A stretch of 64,000 bases of DNA from Bacteroidales bacterium (GTDB lineage: Bacteria > Bacteroidota > Bacteroidia > Bacteroidales > UBA1402), in assembly GCA_017468435.1 (NCBI GenBank), contig JAFUIP010000007.1, positions 33,762 through 97,761 on the forward strand, read 5' to 3'. This document shows positions 10,808 to 21,538 of the stretch, in pieces (the stretch's first letter is position 1; every line of letters begins with the position of its first letter). A program made the position numbers and the translations under genes. Below the pieces are notes generated by a model. The model saw only the letters and a program-made list of their open reading frames with translations, did no database searches and had not been told where the DNA came from.

Positions 10808-11794
10808 TTAAATCGATAATACCTGCAAAACGTTGATCAACTCTTTGTCGATGGGCTTGTCCATCTTGATGGCCTTGTTGAAGGGCACATAGATTATTTC
10901 ATTGTCGTGGATGCCCACCATGACGTTGCGTTGTCCGTCTTTCAAGGCTTCGATGGCAGCTACCCCTAAGCGGCTGGCTAAAATTCGGTCGTAGGCAGTA
11001 GGGATGCCGCCGCGTTGCAAATGCCCTAAAATAGACACTCTCACGTCGAAATCGGGATATTCGTTTTTGACACGATCGGCATAGTACATGGCTCCGCCGC
11101 TTCCGTCCTTCTGGCTTTCCGACACTATGACGATGCTGCTGTTCTTGCTTTTGCGAATGCCTCTTTCGATGAAGGCTGCCAATTGGTCAACATTGGTTTT
11201 GTCTTCGGGAATGATGGCTGCTTCTGCTCCGGCGGCAATGGCGCTGTTTTGGGCCAAGAATCCGGCATCACGTCCCATCACTTCGATAAAGAAAATGCGG
11301 TTGTGCGAAGTGGCCGTGTCGCGAATTTTGTCCACGCAATCCAAGATGGTGTTTAGCGCGGTGTCGTAGCCTATGGTGGAATCGGTGCCAAACAGGTCGT
11401 TGTCGATGGTGCCGGGCAATCCGATGCAAGGAACGTCAAATTCCTGGGCGAAGGTCTGAGCGCCTGCCAAAGATCCGTTTCCTCCAATAACAATCAGAGC
11501 ATCAATGCCGTTGGCCTTCATGTTTTCGTAGGCTTTACTTCGGCCTTCCTTGGTCATGAACTCCTTGGAACGCGCTGTCTTCAAGATGGTTCCGCCCCTT
11601 TGAATGGTGCTGCTGACGCTTTCTGTACTCAGTTCTGTAATATCGTTGTGGATAAGGCCTTCGTAACCTCTGTAGATGCCTTTTACTTTCCATCCGTTAA
11701 AGATGGCAGCACGGGTGACGGCTCTGATAGCCGCGTTCATTCCGGGAGCATCGCCTCCGGAAGTGAGCAAACCGATGGTGGTAATAGATGACAT
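10808..11794 (-). CDS. pfkA: ATP-dependent 6-phosphofructokinase
   Basis: '[17 protein letters not shown]', 'VIGGNGS', 'GLPGTIDND', 'MGRDAG' and 'LGHLQRGG'. Confidence 0.95.
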   Translation of the reverse strand: MSSITTIGLLTSGGDAPGMNAAIRAVTRAAIFNGWKVKGIYRGYEGLIHNDITELSTESVSSTIQRGGTILKTARSKEFMTKEGRSKAYENMKANGIDALIVIGGNGSLAGAQTFAQEFDVPCIGLPGTIDNDLFGTDSTIGYDTALNTILDCVDKIRDTATSHNRIFFIEVMGRDAGFLAQNSAIAAGAEAAIIPEDKTNVDQLAAFIERGIRKSKNSSIVIVSESQKDGSGGAMYYADRVKNEYPDFDVRVSILGHLQRGGIPTAYDRILASRLGVAAIEALKDGQRNVMVGIHDNEIIYVPFNKAIKMDKPIDKELINVLQVLSI

Positions 11795-11817
11795 AAAAAA
11801 GAGATGATTAAGGTTAT

Positions 11818-13605
11818 TTACTCCATTTCAAGATTGAGCGACTGGCACAACCTGACGAAGGATGGATTCTTGTCCAGCATGGACTTCAGTTGGTCTTGCG
11901 GGGTAAGCGCCTTTTTGTTCTCTTCGCCTTGACTGATGCGTACATGCATGCAAATGTGGCTGTTGTGCAGTTTCTCGCTCAAATATCTTTCTATGCTCGG
12001 TTTGAGTTCGAGCAGACTTTTCTCGGTGTACGATTGGAAAACGACAAACTCAAAATCGGTGGCGGTTTTCAACACGGGACGGTTGCTCGTCATAACCGTC
12101 ATGATTTGAGGATTGTCTTTCAGACTGTGGGCAAATTCATTCCAGTGTTTCAATAGCCCCTCTTCGCTGAAGGCTTCGTTCTCTTCGACTTTCTGTACGG
12201 CTTCTGCTGGTGTCTCTACCGTTTTGGTTTGTGCGCCTGCGTTGTTGAACGACAAGGTCTTGGGCCGGCTGCTGGGCTTGGGAGCCTCCTTTGCCGGAGT
12301 GCTGTTTCGAATGGGGCTTGCAGCCGGCATGGTGTTCGCAGTGGTCCTTGGTGTGGCGGCAGGCGATGTTGTCGTGGCGGCACTGGCGTTTACGGGAGAG
12401 GAAGTCGCAGCATGAGCGGCGTGCGGCGCCTGCGGCGCCGCACTCGTTGTCGTAGCCGGTCTGTCCGTCGGTGCGCTGTTCAGTGGAGCGGCAGGCGCAG
12501 TGTTCGCGGGCGCGTTGTTGCCCGTGCACAGGCGAATCAGGCAAAGCTCTACCAACAGTCGCTTATTGCGGCTTTGTCCGTATTGCAGGCAACATTCATT
12601 GCTCACTTGCAAGGCCCACACCAAATAATTGAAATCGCAGACCTGCGCCTGCTGTTGGTATTTAAGTTTGATATTGTCACTCACTTCGAGCAAGGCTATC
12701 GTGCGAGCATCTTTGCACACCATCAGGTCACGTAGATGCGAGGCGAGTCCGTTGATGAAATGCAAGCCTTCGAAGCCCAAGTTCAGAATTTCGTTGAACA
12801 GCAACAAGGCCTCCGTGGTCTGATGTTTCAAGAAAGCATCCACCAAGCGGAAATAATAATCGTAGTCGAGCACATTCAGGTTGTCGATAACACCTTTGTA
12901 GGTCACTTTCCCTTCGCCGAAACTGCTTACCTGATCGAAGATGGAGAGCGCATCGCGCATACCGCCGTCGGCCTTCATGGCAATGACATTGAGCGCTTCC
13001 GGCTCGTAAGAAATGCCTTCGCTTTGAGCTACGTATTGCAGATGCTCTTGAATATCATTGACGCCGATTCTATGGAAATCATATATCTGACAACGCGACA
13101 AAATGGTCGGGATAATCTTGTGCTTTTCGGTGGTGGCCAAAATGAAAATAGCGTATGCCGGCGGTTCTTCCAAGGTTTTAAGGAAGGCGTTGAAGGCGGC
13201 TTGCGACAGCATGTGGACCTCGTCGATGATATACACTTTGTACTTGCCCAATGCCGGAGGAATGCGCACCTGGTCGGTGAGTTGACGAATATCTTCTACC
13301 GAGTTGTTGGAGGCGGCGTCCAGTTCCATGATATTGAACGAGCGCTGTGTGTTGAAGGCCTGGCAAGATTCGCATTCGTTGCAGGCTTGGCCGTCTTCGC
13401 GCGGATGCAGGCAGTTGATGGTTTTGGCAAAAATACGTGCGCAAGTGGTTTTTCCCACGCCGCGAGGTCCGCAGAAAAGGTAGGCATGAGCCAGTTGCTT
13501 GTTCTTGACAGCATTTTGCAGCGTAGTGGTCAAAGCTCTCTGTCCCACCACGGAAGCAAAAGTATCAGGACGATATTTTCTAGCCGAAACAATATAATTT
13601 TCCAT
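11818..13605 (-). CDS. dnaX: DNA polymerase III subunit gamma/tau
   Basis: '[19 protein letters not shown]', a zinc module 'CNECESC' and 'IIDEVHMLS', plus a long Pro/Ala/Thr-rich linker. The start is taken at [13 protein letters not shown]. Confidence 0.9.
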   Translation of the reverse strand: MENYIVSARKYRPDTFASVVGQRALTTTLQNAVKNKQLAHAYLFCGPRGVGKTTCARIFAKTINCLHPREDGQACNECESCQAFNTQRSFNIMELDAASNNSVEDIRQLTDQVRIPPALGKYKVYIIDEVHMLSQAAFNAFLKTLEEPPAYAIFILATTEKHKIIPTILSRCQIYDFHRIGVNDIQEHLQYVAQSEGISYEPEALNVIAMKADGGMRDALSIFDQVSSFGEGKVTYKGVIDNLNVLDYDYYFRLVDAFLKHQTTEALLLFNEILNLGFEGLHFINGLASHLRDLMVCKDARTIALLEVSDNIKLKYQQQAQVCDFNYLVWALQVSNECCLQYGQSRNKRLLVELCLIRLCTGNNAPANTAPAAPLNSAPTDRPATTTSAAPQAPHAAHAATSSPVNASAATTTSPAATPRTTANTMPAASPIRNSTPAKEAPKPSSRPKTLSFNNAGAQTKTVETPAEAVQKVEENEAFSEEGLLKHWNEFAHSLKDNPQIMTVMTSNRPVLKTATDFEFVVFQSYTEKSLLELKPSIERYLSEKLHNSHICMHVRISQGEENKKALTPQDQLKSMLDKNPSFVRLCQSLNLEME

Positions 13606-13661
13606 AGCAATTAATTTGACGCGAAGATAGTTAGAAATGAAAAATAAATTGTTCCTTTGCA

Positions 13662-13979
13662 ATGAAAATTTTACCTATGGAAAAGCTGAAAGAATTATAC
13701 GCAAAAATCAAGCCTTTTTTGCCCAACAAATACATCACGGCTATTTTGGTTTTCGCCGTGTTGATGGTCTTTTTCGATAATAACAATCTGATAAAAAGGA
13801 TGCGGTACGAGCGTCAGGCCAGGGCATTGAAAAAGGAAATCAGAATGTACGAACAGCAACGCGAGGAAACCCTCCGTCAGCTGGAAGATTTGCGCGTGGG
13901 TACCAGCGAATTGGAAAAGATTGCCCGTGAGCAGTATCTGATGAAAAAAGAAAACGAAGACATTTTCATTCTTGAGTGA
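13662..13979 (+). CDS. Septum formation initiator (FtsB/DivIC-like) protein
   Basis: One N-terminal TM followed by a coiled coil, and 'IAREQYLMKKENEDIF', typical of the family. An alternative start lies at 13677. Confidence 0.6.
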   Translation: MKILPMEKLKELYAKIKPFLPNKYITAILVFAVLMVFFDNNNLIKRMRYERQARALKKEIRMYEQQREETLRQLEDLRVGTSELEKIAREQYLMKKENEDIFILE

Positions 13980-14329
13980 TGGCAAAACAAAAATTATCTG
14001 CCGCCGATGGGCTGTATATCTTGTCGGCTCTGCTCATGTTGATGGGCATTATTTTGAACAACGAGACCACTTTGTCGGTGGCTAAGTTTGTGTTCTGCGC
14101 CGGCGGGGTGGGTTATATTGTCTATCGCATCAAAATGGCTTACCGAGGCGAAGATTTCCGGCTGAAACGTCTCAATCGTCTGTATGCTTATTGCGGCGCG
14201 TTGGTGATACTTTCGGCTTATCTGATGTTTATCGGAAATAACGCTTTTCTTGTGTTGATGCTTATGGTGGCGCTGCTGGAATTTTATGTCAGCTACCGCG
14301 CGGAAAAATATAAAAAGGACGATGCCTAG
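13979..14329 (+). CDS. Small membrane protein, unknown function
   Basis: About four hydrophobic segments. It overlaps the upstream stop codon. No recognisable motif. Confidence 0.4.
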   Translation: MAKQKLSAADGLYILSALLMLMGIILNNETTLSVAKFVFCAGGVGYIVYRIKMAYRGEDFRLKRLNRLYAYCGALVILSAYLMFIGNNAFLVLMLMVALLEFYVSYRAEKYKKDDA

Positions 14330-15065
14330 TCCAAATTTCTGCTTCAAACAATTCGAAATCTATCACGACAAATGTGCGATGAAAGTCGGCATGGATGGCG
14401 TGACGCTGGGCGCGTGGGCTTCGCTTTCTGAAAGCCTGAAAAGTTCTGATGTCCAAATACTTGATGTTGGCACCGGCAGTGGACTCATTGCCCTGATGCT
14501 GGCGCAGAAATATCCCTCGGCTCACATAGATGCGATAGAACTGGATGCCTCGGCTGCCGAGCAGGCCCGCGAGAATGTGCGCCGCAGCCCTTGGCCCAAG
14601 CAAGTGTGCGTGTATGAGGCTTCCTTCCCCGAAATACTCGATGCGAAAGATTTCCCCAAGCCCGCAGCAGGCTATCATCTCATTGTGAGCAATCCGCCCT
14701 TTTTCAAGGGGGAGTTGCGCCCCTCTGACGAGGCGCGCAACCTTGCCCGCCACGTAGGCTCTCTCGATTTTCGCAGCCTCACGAAAGGCGCGGCCTCTTG
14801 TCTGCATCTTGAGGGGCTTTTCTCGGTGATTATTCCTTACGAAGCTTTCGATTTTTTCGACGAATGTGCCTATGAGGCAGGCTTATATCTTTGTCGTTCA
14901 TGTGCTTTGGTGCCGGTAGAAGGCCGCGCGCCCAAGCGTATTTTGCTCAGCTATGGCGCCCGACGTGGCCAAGTGGAAAAACAAAGCTTGGTTGTTAGAA
15001 ATCAAGATTCTTCGTATACGGCTGAATATCACCGTCTTACAAAAGATTTTTACCTCGAAAAATAA
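14322..15065 (+). CDS. tRNA (adenine-N6)-methyltransferase, YfiC/TrmN6-like
   Basis: 'FCFKQFEIYHDKCAMKVGMDGVTLGAW', SAM motif 'ILDVGTGSGLIALMLAQ' and catalytic 'SNPPFF'. Confidence 0.75.
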   Translation: MPSPNFCFKQFEIYHDKCAMKVGMDGVTLGAWASLSESLKSSDVQILDVGTGSGLIALMLAQKYPSAHIDAIELDASAAEQARENVRRSPWPKQVCVYEASFPEILDAKDFPKPAAGYHLIVSNPPFFKGELRPSDEARNLARHVGSLDFRSLTKGAASCLHLEGLFSVIIPYEAFDFFDECAYEAGLYLCRSCALVPVEGRAPKRILLSYGARRGQVEKQSLVVRNQDSSYTAEYHRLTKDFYLEK

Positions 15066-15123
15066 TCTTTGTTTTTCTTTCGAAAAAGTGCTACTTTCGC
15101 AGATTCAAATAAAGTATAGCACT

Positions 15124-18100
15124 ATGTCGAAAAAATTTGCTGAATATTCACAATTCAATCTTTCCGAAATCAACAAGGAAATGTTGCAGGAATGGGCAGA
15201 AAAAGACCTGTTCCACAAGAGTACGGCCTTGCGAGAAGGCTGTCCTTCTTTCGTGTTTTACGAAGGTCCTCCATCGGCCAACGGTATGCCGGGAATTCAC
15301 CATATGATTGCTCGTTCCATCAAGGATATTTTCTGTCGTTACAAAACCATGAAGGGCTATCAGGTAAACAGAAAGGCCGGATGGGATACGCACGGATTGC
15401 CCGTTGAATTGGGCGTAGAAAAGGCCTTGGGCATCACTAAGGAAGACATCGGCAAAAAGGTGACGGTGGACGAATACAACGCCGCTTGCCGCAAGGATGT
15501 GATGAAGTACACCAAGGAATGGGAAGACCTGACCCGCAAAATGGGTTATTGGGTAGATATGAACGATCCTTACATCACCTACGACAACAAATACATCGAA
15601 ACGCTTTGGTGGTTGCTCAAACAACTCTACAACAAGGGTTTGCTTTACAAGGGCTACACCATTCAGCCATATTCTCCCGCTGCAGGTACCGGCCTCAGCT
15701 CTCACGAATTGAACCAACCTGGTTGCTATCGCGACGTGAAAGATACCACGGCTACGGCTTTGTTCAAGATTCTCGATCCTAAGCCTGAAATGACGGCTTG
15801 GGGCGAAGCTTGTTTTGCTGCCTGGACCACAACGCCTTGGACACTTCCTTCGAACACGGCGCTTTGCGTGGGACCGAACATCGAGTACTTGGCCGTGCAG
15901 ACCTACAATCCTTATAACGCTCAGAAAATCACTTTGGTGGTGGCCGAAGCGCGCTTGAACGCTTATTTCAAGGCCGAAGGTGCCGATGCCGATATGGATG
16001 CTTTCCAGGCCGGCGACAAGATTGTTCCTTATCGCGTGGTGGGCCGTTACAAAGGCTCAGACTTGGTGGGCATGCATTATGCTCAGCTTATGCCTTGGGT
16101 GAAGCCGCTCGAAAAGCTCGATGACAATGCCGCAGATTTCGTGAAAGAAGCGGCCCAACGTCATCCTGAAACCGTATTTGCCGTGGGCAATGACAAGTTT
16201 GTGGAAATGTCTGCTGAGGCTTTCCGCGTGATCCCTGGCGATTACGTTACCACCGAAGACGGTACCGGTATCGTACACATTGCGCCTACTTTCGGTGCCG
16301 ATGATGCCAAGGTGGCCAAGGCTGCCAATATTCCTTCTTTGTTTATGATTAATCTTCTGGCCGAAACTCGTCCCATGGTGGATATGACCGGAAAGTATTA
16401 TCTGCTCGAAGAATGTGCGCCCGCTTTCGTGGAAGCCTGTGTCGATAAAGAAGCTTACGCCGTACATGAAGGCGCTTTCGTAAAGAATGCCTATGCGCCC
16501 GAATTCAATGTCGATGGTAAGTACGACGAAGCCGCTGCTGCCAAGGCCGAAGATTTGAACATCCAGATTGCTTTGGAAATGAAGCAGGCCGGTCAGGCAC
16601 TGAGGGTAGAAAAGCATGTACACAATTATCCTCACTGTTGGCGTACCGACAAGCCTGTCTTGTATTATCCGCTCGATAGCTGGTTCATTCGCTCCACTGC
16701 GTGTCGCGAACGCATGATGGAACTCAACAATACCATTCTTTGGAAGCCCGAATCTACCGGTACAGGCCGTTTCGGCAAATGGTTGGAAAACCTCAACGAC
16801 TGGAACCTGAGCCGCTCTCGCTATTGGGGAACGCCGCTGCCCATTTGGCGCAATCGCGACAGTCGCGAAGAAATCTGTATCGGTTCGCTCGAAGAACTGT
16901 ACAACGAAATCGAAAAGTCTGTGGCTGCCGGCATCATGTCCGAAAATCCCTACAAGAAACTGGGCTTCGTTCCCGGCGATATGAGCAAGGCCAACTACGA
17001 CAAGATCGATTTGCACCGTCCTTACGTGGACGATATCGTTTTGGTGAGCGAAAGCGGCCTGCCCATGAAGCGCGAAACCGACCTTATCGATGTTTGGTTC
17101 GACTCGGGTGCCATGCCTTATGCTCAGATTCACTATCCTTTTGAAAACAAGGAAGCTTTCGACAGCCGTCGCATTTATCCCGCCGACTTTATTGCAGAAG
17201 GCGTCGATCAGACCCGCGGTTGGTTCTTCACCTTGCACGCCTTGGGTACGATGATTTTCGATTCTGTGGCTTACAAGAGTGTGGTTTCCAATGGCTTGGT
17301 TCTCGATAAGAATGGCAACAAGATGTCTAAACGTTTGGGCAATGCCATCGATCCTTTCGGTGCCATCGAAAAATACGGTTCCGATCCTTTGCGCTGGTAC
17401 ATGATTACCAATGCTTCTCCTTGGGACAACCTTCGTTTCGACACCGACGGCGTGGAAGAAGTGCGTCGTAAGTTCTTCGGAACGCTTTACAATACCTATT
17501 CGTTTTTTGCTTTGTATTCCAATGTGGATGGTTTCACCGGACAAGAACCCGAAGTGCCCATGTCAGAGCGTCCTGAAATTGATCGTTGGATTATTTCTTT
17601 GCTGAACGACCTGGTGCGTCAGACCGACCATTTCTACGCTTCTTACGAAGCTACCAAGGCCGGCCGTGCTATTTCCGATTTCGTTGGAGAAAACCTCAGC
17701 AATTGGTACGTTCGTCTGAACCGTAAACGTTTCTGGGGCGGCGAAATGACCCAAGACAAACTCTCTGCTTATCAGACGCTTTACACTTGTCTCGATACCA
17801 TCGCCCGCCTCATGGCGCCCATCGCTCCTTTCTATGCCGACAAGTTGTTCCTCGATTTGAATGCCATGAGCGGACGTGACCAGAGCGAATCGGTTCACTT
17901 GGCTCTCTATCCCGTGGCTGACGAAGCGCTTATCGATGCCGATTTGAACCAGCGTATGCAGATGGCGCAGCAGATTACCTCTATGGTGTTGGCTTTGCGT
18001 CGTAAGGTGAATATCAAGGTGCGTCAGCCGATGCAAGCCATTATCATTCCGGCTTTGGATGCCAAACAACAGGCCGCCATCGAAGCGGTGAAAGACCTTG

Positions 18101-18681
18101 TCTTGGGCGAAGTGAACGTGAAGGAAATGCGTTTCGTGGAAAATGCTGCCGGTATTTTGGTAAAACGTATCAAGCCCAACTTCAAGCTTTTGGGTCCGAA
18201 ATGTGGCAAGCAGATGAAGCAGGTGGCCGCCATGTTGACCTCTCTCGATCAGGAAACCATCTTTGCTTTCGAAGCTGCCGGTTTCTACGATTTGAATGTG
18301 GAAGGCAATACGATTCATGTGGAAAGTAGCGATGTTGAATTCATCTCGGAAGATATTCCCGGATGGTTGGTGGCTTCCGAAGGCCGTCTGACGGTGGCGC
18401 TCGAAGTGGAAATTTCCGAAGAATTGCGCGCAGAAGGTATCGCCCGCGAATTGGTGAACCGCATCCAGAACATCCGTAAGGATCAACAGTTTGAGATTAC
18501 CGACCGCATCAATATCGAGCTTTCGCACAACGAGGCTACCGATGCTGCCGTGCAGGCCTACAGTTCGTACATTGCATCGCAGACCTTGGCCGACAGCCTG
18601 CAGCTTTGCGATAGCATCGTGGACGGTATCGAACTGAATCTCGACGAGGTGATTTTAACCATCAAGGTGAGCAAGCGTTGA
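15124..18681 (+). CDS. ileS: Isoleucine--tRNA ligase
   Basis: Class I signatures 'PPSANGMPGIHH' and 'KMSKRLGN', and a size of about 1185 aa. The start is taken at MSKKFAEYSQF. Confidence 0.95.
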   Translation: MSKKFAEYSQFNLSEINKEMLQEWAEKDLFHKSTALREGCPSFVFYEGPPSANGMPGIHHMIARSIKDIFCRYKTMKGYQVNRKAGWDTHGLPVELGVEKALGITKEDIGKKVTVDEYNAACRKDVMKYTKEWEDLTRKMGYWVDMNDPYITYDNKYIETLWWLLKQLYNKGLLYKGYTIQPYSPAAGTGLSSHELNQPGCYRDVKDTTATALFKILDPKPEMTAWGEACFAAWTTTPWTLPSNTALCVGPNIEYLAVQTYNPYNAQKITLVVAEARLNAYFKAEGADADMDAFQAGDKIVPYRVVGRYKGSDLVGMHYAQLMPWVKPLEKLDDNAADFVKEAAQRHPETVFAVGNDKFVEMSAEAFRVIPGDYVTTEDGTGIVHIAPTFGADDAKVAKAANIPSLFMINLLAETRPMVDMTGKYYLLEECAPAFVEACVDKEAYAVHEGAFVKNAYAPEFNVDGKYDEAAAAKAEDLNIQIALEMKQAGQALRVEKHVHNYPHCWRTDKPVLYYPLDSWFIRSTACRERMMELNNTILWKPESTGTGRFGKWLENLNDWNLSRSRYWGTPLPIWRNRDSREEICIGSLEELYNEIEKSVAAGIMSENPYKKLGFVPGDMSKANYDKIDLHRPYVDDIVLVSESGLPMKRETDLIDVWFDSGAMPYAQIHYPFENKEAFDSRRIYPADFIAEGVDQTRGWFFTLHALGTMIFDSVAYKSVVSNGLVLDKNGNKMSKRLGNAIDPFGAIEKYGSDPLRWYMITNASPWDNLRFDTDGVEEVRRKFFGTLYNTYSFFALYSNVDGFTGQEPEVPMSERPEIDRWIISLLNDLVRQTDHFYASYEATKAGRAISDFVGENLSNWYVRLNRKRFWGGEMTQDKLSAYQTLYTCLDTIARLMAPIAPFYADKLFLDLNAMSGRDQSESVHLALYPVADEALIDADLNQRMQMAQQITSMVLALRRKVNIKVRQPMQAIIIPALDAKQQAAIEAVKDLVLGEVNVKEMRFVENAAGILVKRIKPNFKLLGPKCGKQMKQVAAMLTSLDQETIFAFEAAGFYDLNVEGNTIHVESSDVEFISEDIPGWLVASEGRLTVALEVEISEELRAEGIARELVNRIQNIRKDQQFEITDRINIELSHNEATDAAVQAYSSYIASQTLADSLQLCDSIVDGIELNLDEVILTIKVSKR

Positions 18682-18736
18682 CGTATGGTCGGCGTTTGCC
18701 CATGCTTTTTTAGATAACTTTTTAATGATAGACATT

Positions 18737-19099
18737 ATGGCAGAAATTGTTCGCTACTCAGATGCTGAATTGGAAGAATTCAGAGTACTGATTCAAGGAA
18801 AGATTGACAAGGCTCGTGCCGAGTATGAACAGTTGCAACAAAGTATCATGGGAGATGAAACCTCCGACACTGCACCCACTTTGAAGGCTTTCGAAGATGG
18901 TGCCAGTTTCTTGCAGAGAGAAGAAATCTCGCGTCTTGCCCAGCGTCAGTTGAAATTCATTCAGAACTTGGAGGCTGCGCTCATCCGCATCGACAACAAG
19001 ACCTATGGTATTTGTCGCGAAACCGGTAAGCTCATTCCCAAGGAAAGACTGCGCGCAGTTCCTCATGCCACATTGAGCATTGAAGCAAAAGGTAAATAA
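18737..19099 (+). CDS. DksA/TraR-family protein
   Basis: Coiled-coil N-terminus and 'IDNKTYGICRETGKLIPKERLRAVPHATLSIEAK'. It sits in the conserved ileS-dksA-lspA position. Confidence 0.65.
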   Translation: MAEIVRYSDAELEEFRVLIQGKIDKARAEYEQLQQSIMGDETSDTAPTLKAFEDGASFLQREEISRLAQRQLKFIQNLEAALIRIDNKTYGICRETGKLIPKERLRAVPHATLSIEAKGK

Positions 19100-19100
19100 T

Positions 19101-19736
19101 ATGCCTAAATTGTCAAAGGCCTGGAAGTCGGCGCTGATCATTGTATTGGCCATTCTGATAGACCAGGCTGTCAAGATTTATATCAAAACCCATTTTCAGT
19201 TGCACGAGAGCGTTCGTGTGACTGATTGGTTTTACATTTTATTCGTCGAAAACAGCGGTATGGCATTCGGTTGGGAATTCTTCGACAAGATATTCCTGAC
19301 CATTTTCCGTATCGTGGCTTCCGGCGTCCTTATCTGGTATCTCGCGCGCCTTTGCAAACGCGGCGCTTCCATGGGCTACATTGCTTGTATCTCGCTCATA
19401 ACGGCCGGCGCCATGGGCAATATCATCGATTGCGTGTTTTACGGAGTCATCTTCGATCATAGTTTCGGTCAGGTGGCGCAGTTCTTCCCGCCCGATGGTG
19501 GTTACGCGCCTTTGTTCTACGGAAAAGTGGTGGATATGCTCTATTTCCCCATCATCGATACCACTTGGCCGGAATGGATGCCTTTCTGGGGCGGCGAGCA
19601 TTTCGTCTTTTTCAGTCCGGTCTTCAACATTGCCGATTCTTGTATCACCATCGGCGTGATTCTTTTGCTCATTTTCTACAGAAAAATGTTTGTGGAAGAA
19701 ATGGAAACCGACAAGAAGAAAAAGCCTGAAGCATGA
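19101..19736 (+). CDS. lspA: Lipoprotein signal peptidase (signal peptidase II)
   Basis: 'VENSGMAFG', 'GAMGNIIDCVFYG', 'VVDMLYF' and 'FNIADSCITIGV'. Confidence 0.9.
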   Translation: MPKLSKAWKSALIIVLAILIDQAVKIYIKTHFQLHESVRVTDWFYILFVENSGMAFGWEFFDKIFLTIFRIVASGVLIWYLARLCKRGASMGYIACISLITAGAMGNIIDCVFYGVIFDHSFGQVAQFFPPDGGYAPLFYGKVVDMLYFPIIDTTWPEWMPFWGGEHFVFFSPVFNIADSCITIGVILLLIFYRKMFVEEMETDKKKKPEA

Positions 19737-20620
19737 AAACACAAGGTAAATACATAGTTTGGCTTTGCCTGATTTCCTTTGCATTGTCTTTCTTGGGCGC
19801 TTGTCAGCATGATAAGCCGAAAATTCTGCCCAAAAAGGAAATGGCGCAGGTCTTGGCCGACGTGTACCTTACCGAAGCTATGCTGACGCAGCTCGACAGC
19901 AAAACCAAGCGCGAATGGTCTAAGGGCCTGAAAAACGAGTACTTCCAAGACATTTCCTATCATTGGATTTTAGACAAGCATCATATTACGGAAGACGATT
20001 TCTATGCCTCGGTGGCGCATTATTCGCGTCATGTGAATACCATGATAGATGTGCTCGACATGACGGCCGACAAGCTCAATGCGATGAAGCAGGATGTGCT
20101 TGAGCGTGAAAAACTTGAAGCCGAGGCTGAACGCATTCGCAAATTCAATCTGAAGTGGCAGCCGGTTTCCATAGACGAAGATTTCATCGAGCTTTGGGCC
20201 AAATCTGTGTACGTGGCTCCCGCCGATTCTTTGCCGACGGACACGCTTCGCGTAGATTCTCTGCTGCGCGCCGACTCGCTTAGTCGCATTGACACCTCGC
20301 TTCGCATTGATATGCTGGCCGATACCTTGCCGGAAACGAAACTTGTTCCTTTCGAAGACCAATATTATCGCTACTGGAGACAGTCGGATGAAGATTTGAT
20401 GGAGGTGCTGAATGTCACGCGTTATCGCTTGGCAGAAACGCAAGAATCAGATTCGCTTCAAGTAAAGACGGAGCCAGCATTGGAACCTAAGACGGATTTG
20501 GAGCGCAAGCCGAATTTGGATACCACGCAGATTCGTCGTTTGCGTAATCATAAATCGCTCAACGAATTGGAGATTGAGTCAAAGGGATTTGTCCTCCAAA
20601 AAGACGATTTTAAAAGATAA
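19733..20620 (+). CDS. Lipoprotein, DUF4296-like N-terminal domain
   Basis: Lipobox 'FLGAC', then 'ILPKKEMAQVLADVYLTEAML', recalled as DUF4296. The C-terminal half is low-complexity with 'D(S/T)LR(A/I/V)D' repeats. Confidence 0.45.
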   Translation: MKTQGKYIVWLCLISFALSFLGACQHDKPKILPKKEMAQVLADVYLTEAMLTQLDSKTKREWSKGLKNEYFQDISYHWILDKHHITEDDFYASVAHYSRHVNTMIDVLDMTADKLNAMKQDVLEREKLEAEAERIRKFNLKWQPVSIDEDFIELWAKSVYVAPADSLPTDTLRVDSLLRADSLSRIDTSLRIDMLADTLPETKLVPFEDQYYRYWRQSDEDLMEVLNVTRYRLAETQESDSLQVKTEPALEPKTDLERKPNLDTTQIRRLRNHKSLNELEIESKGFVLQKDDFKR

Positions 20621-20724
20621 TGGCGCCGGGCTCTGCGGCAAACAAGCGCGAATTGCGAGGCCGTCAAACTGGCGAGAACTTCAGATTTGGCAAGCGCGAA
20701 TTGCAGGGCCGGCAAGCGCAGACA

Positions 20725-21483
20725 TCAGAGCAAGCGACGGCGAAATTCCGAACAAGTAATGGCTGTGGCTACCGATACATTGAGCGATTCCGAGCCTTGT
20801 CGGTCGAGCGGGAAATTGGGAATGAAAAGTTTCTCATTGACCAAAGCGGCCACTTCTTCAGAAATACCTTTTCCTTCGTTGCCCATCACGATGATGCCAT
20901 TGGCAGACAAATCTTTACGATAAATATTTTCGCCTTCGAGGAAAGTTCCGTACACCGGCACCGATACCTTTTTCAGCAGTTCCGGCAAATCGCAGTAATG
21001 TACTTTCACGCGGCCAATGGCGCCCATACTGGCTTGAATGGTTTTCGGATTGTAAGCGTCGGCCGTGTCTTTCGAGCAGATAAGGTTCTCAATGCCAAAC
21101 CAATCGGCGATGCGGATAATGGTGCCCAGGTTGCCCGGATCCTGCACATTGTCGAGCGCGATAGACAGAGAACGGTTGAGTTCGTTCAAATCCATCTGAT
21201 GACAAGGGATTTCGAAAACGGCCAATACTTCTTGCGGATGTTGTTGTATGCTGGCCTTGCGCAGTTCTTCTTCGCTCACCACGATGATTTCATCGGCCTT
21301 TACTTTGGTGTTTCTATCCATCCAGTTTTGCGTGGCCGCTAAAAAACGACAAGGCAAAAGAGGCAGTAAATCTCCCACCAATTTATGTCCTTCGGCTAAA
21401 AACAGGCCGTATTCGTTACGAAATTTCTTAATTTCGAGGCTATGAATCCATTTTATCTTGGCTTTACTCAGCATATCGTTCAT
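20725..21483 (-). CDS. TrmH/SpoU-family RNA 2'-O-methyltransferase
   Basis: 'LDNVQDPGNLGTIIRIADWFG', 'IVMGNEGKGIS' and 'SLNVSVATAI'. The start is uncertain (21483 or 21474). Confidence 0.8.
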   Translation of the reverse strand: MNDMLSKAKIKWIHSLEIKKFRNEYGLFLAEGHKLVGDLLPLLPCRFLAATQNWMDRNTKVKADEIIVVSEEELRKASIQQHPQEVLAVFEIPCHQMDLNELNRSLSIALDNVQDPGNLGTIIRIADWFGIENLICSKDTADAYNPKTIQASMGAIGRVKVHYCDLPELLKKVSVPVYGTFLEGENIYRKDLSANGIIVMGNEGKGISEEVAALVNEKLFIPNFPLDRQGSESLNVSVATAITCSEFRRRLL

Positions 21484-21512
21484 TTTGGAAAGCGAAAGTA
21501 CAAAAGAAATTG

Positions 21513-21520
21513 TATTTTTG
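21513..21520 (+). promoter_or_regulatory. -7 promoter box (TATTTTTG) for the BamA/TamA-like gene
   Basis: Exact TAnnTTTG match, 19 nt before the ATG at 21539. Confidence 0.4.
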
Positions 21521-21538
21521 CGCAAACATTATCGACAA

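Noticed and set aside
11818-13605. A programmed -1 frameshift or slippage site in dnaX producing a short gamma subunit.
   Set aside because: I found no A-AAA-AAG-type heptamer or long A-run near the domain III/linker boundary. The only AAAAAG lies about 25 codons from the C-terminus, which is too late to be meaningful.
16057-17544. Very long antisense ORFs opposite well-supported genes. Examples: 495 aa opposite ileS; also 17563..18528, 12736..13614, 37036..38043, 44477..45322, 46521..47363, 49095..50108 and 63127..63957.
   Set aside because: They are all in-phase shadows of strongly motif-supported genes on the other strand. Rarity of TTA/CTA/TCA codons in the real genes keeps the antisense frame open. 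Their translations are low-complexity (H/R/F/V/G rich) with no recognisable motifs.
20620-21342. A 240-aa + strand ORF overlapping the TrmH-family gene.
   Set aside because: It is antisense to a gene with clear SpoU methylase motifs. Only its first ~35 codons lie in intergenic DNA, where they merely translate the CAAGCGCGAATTGC repeats.
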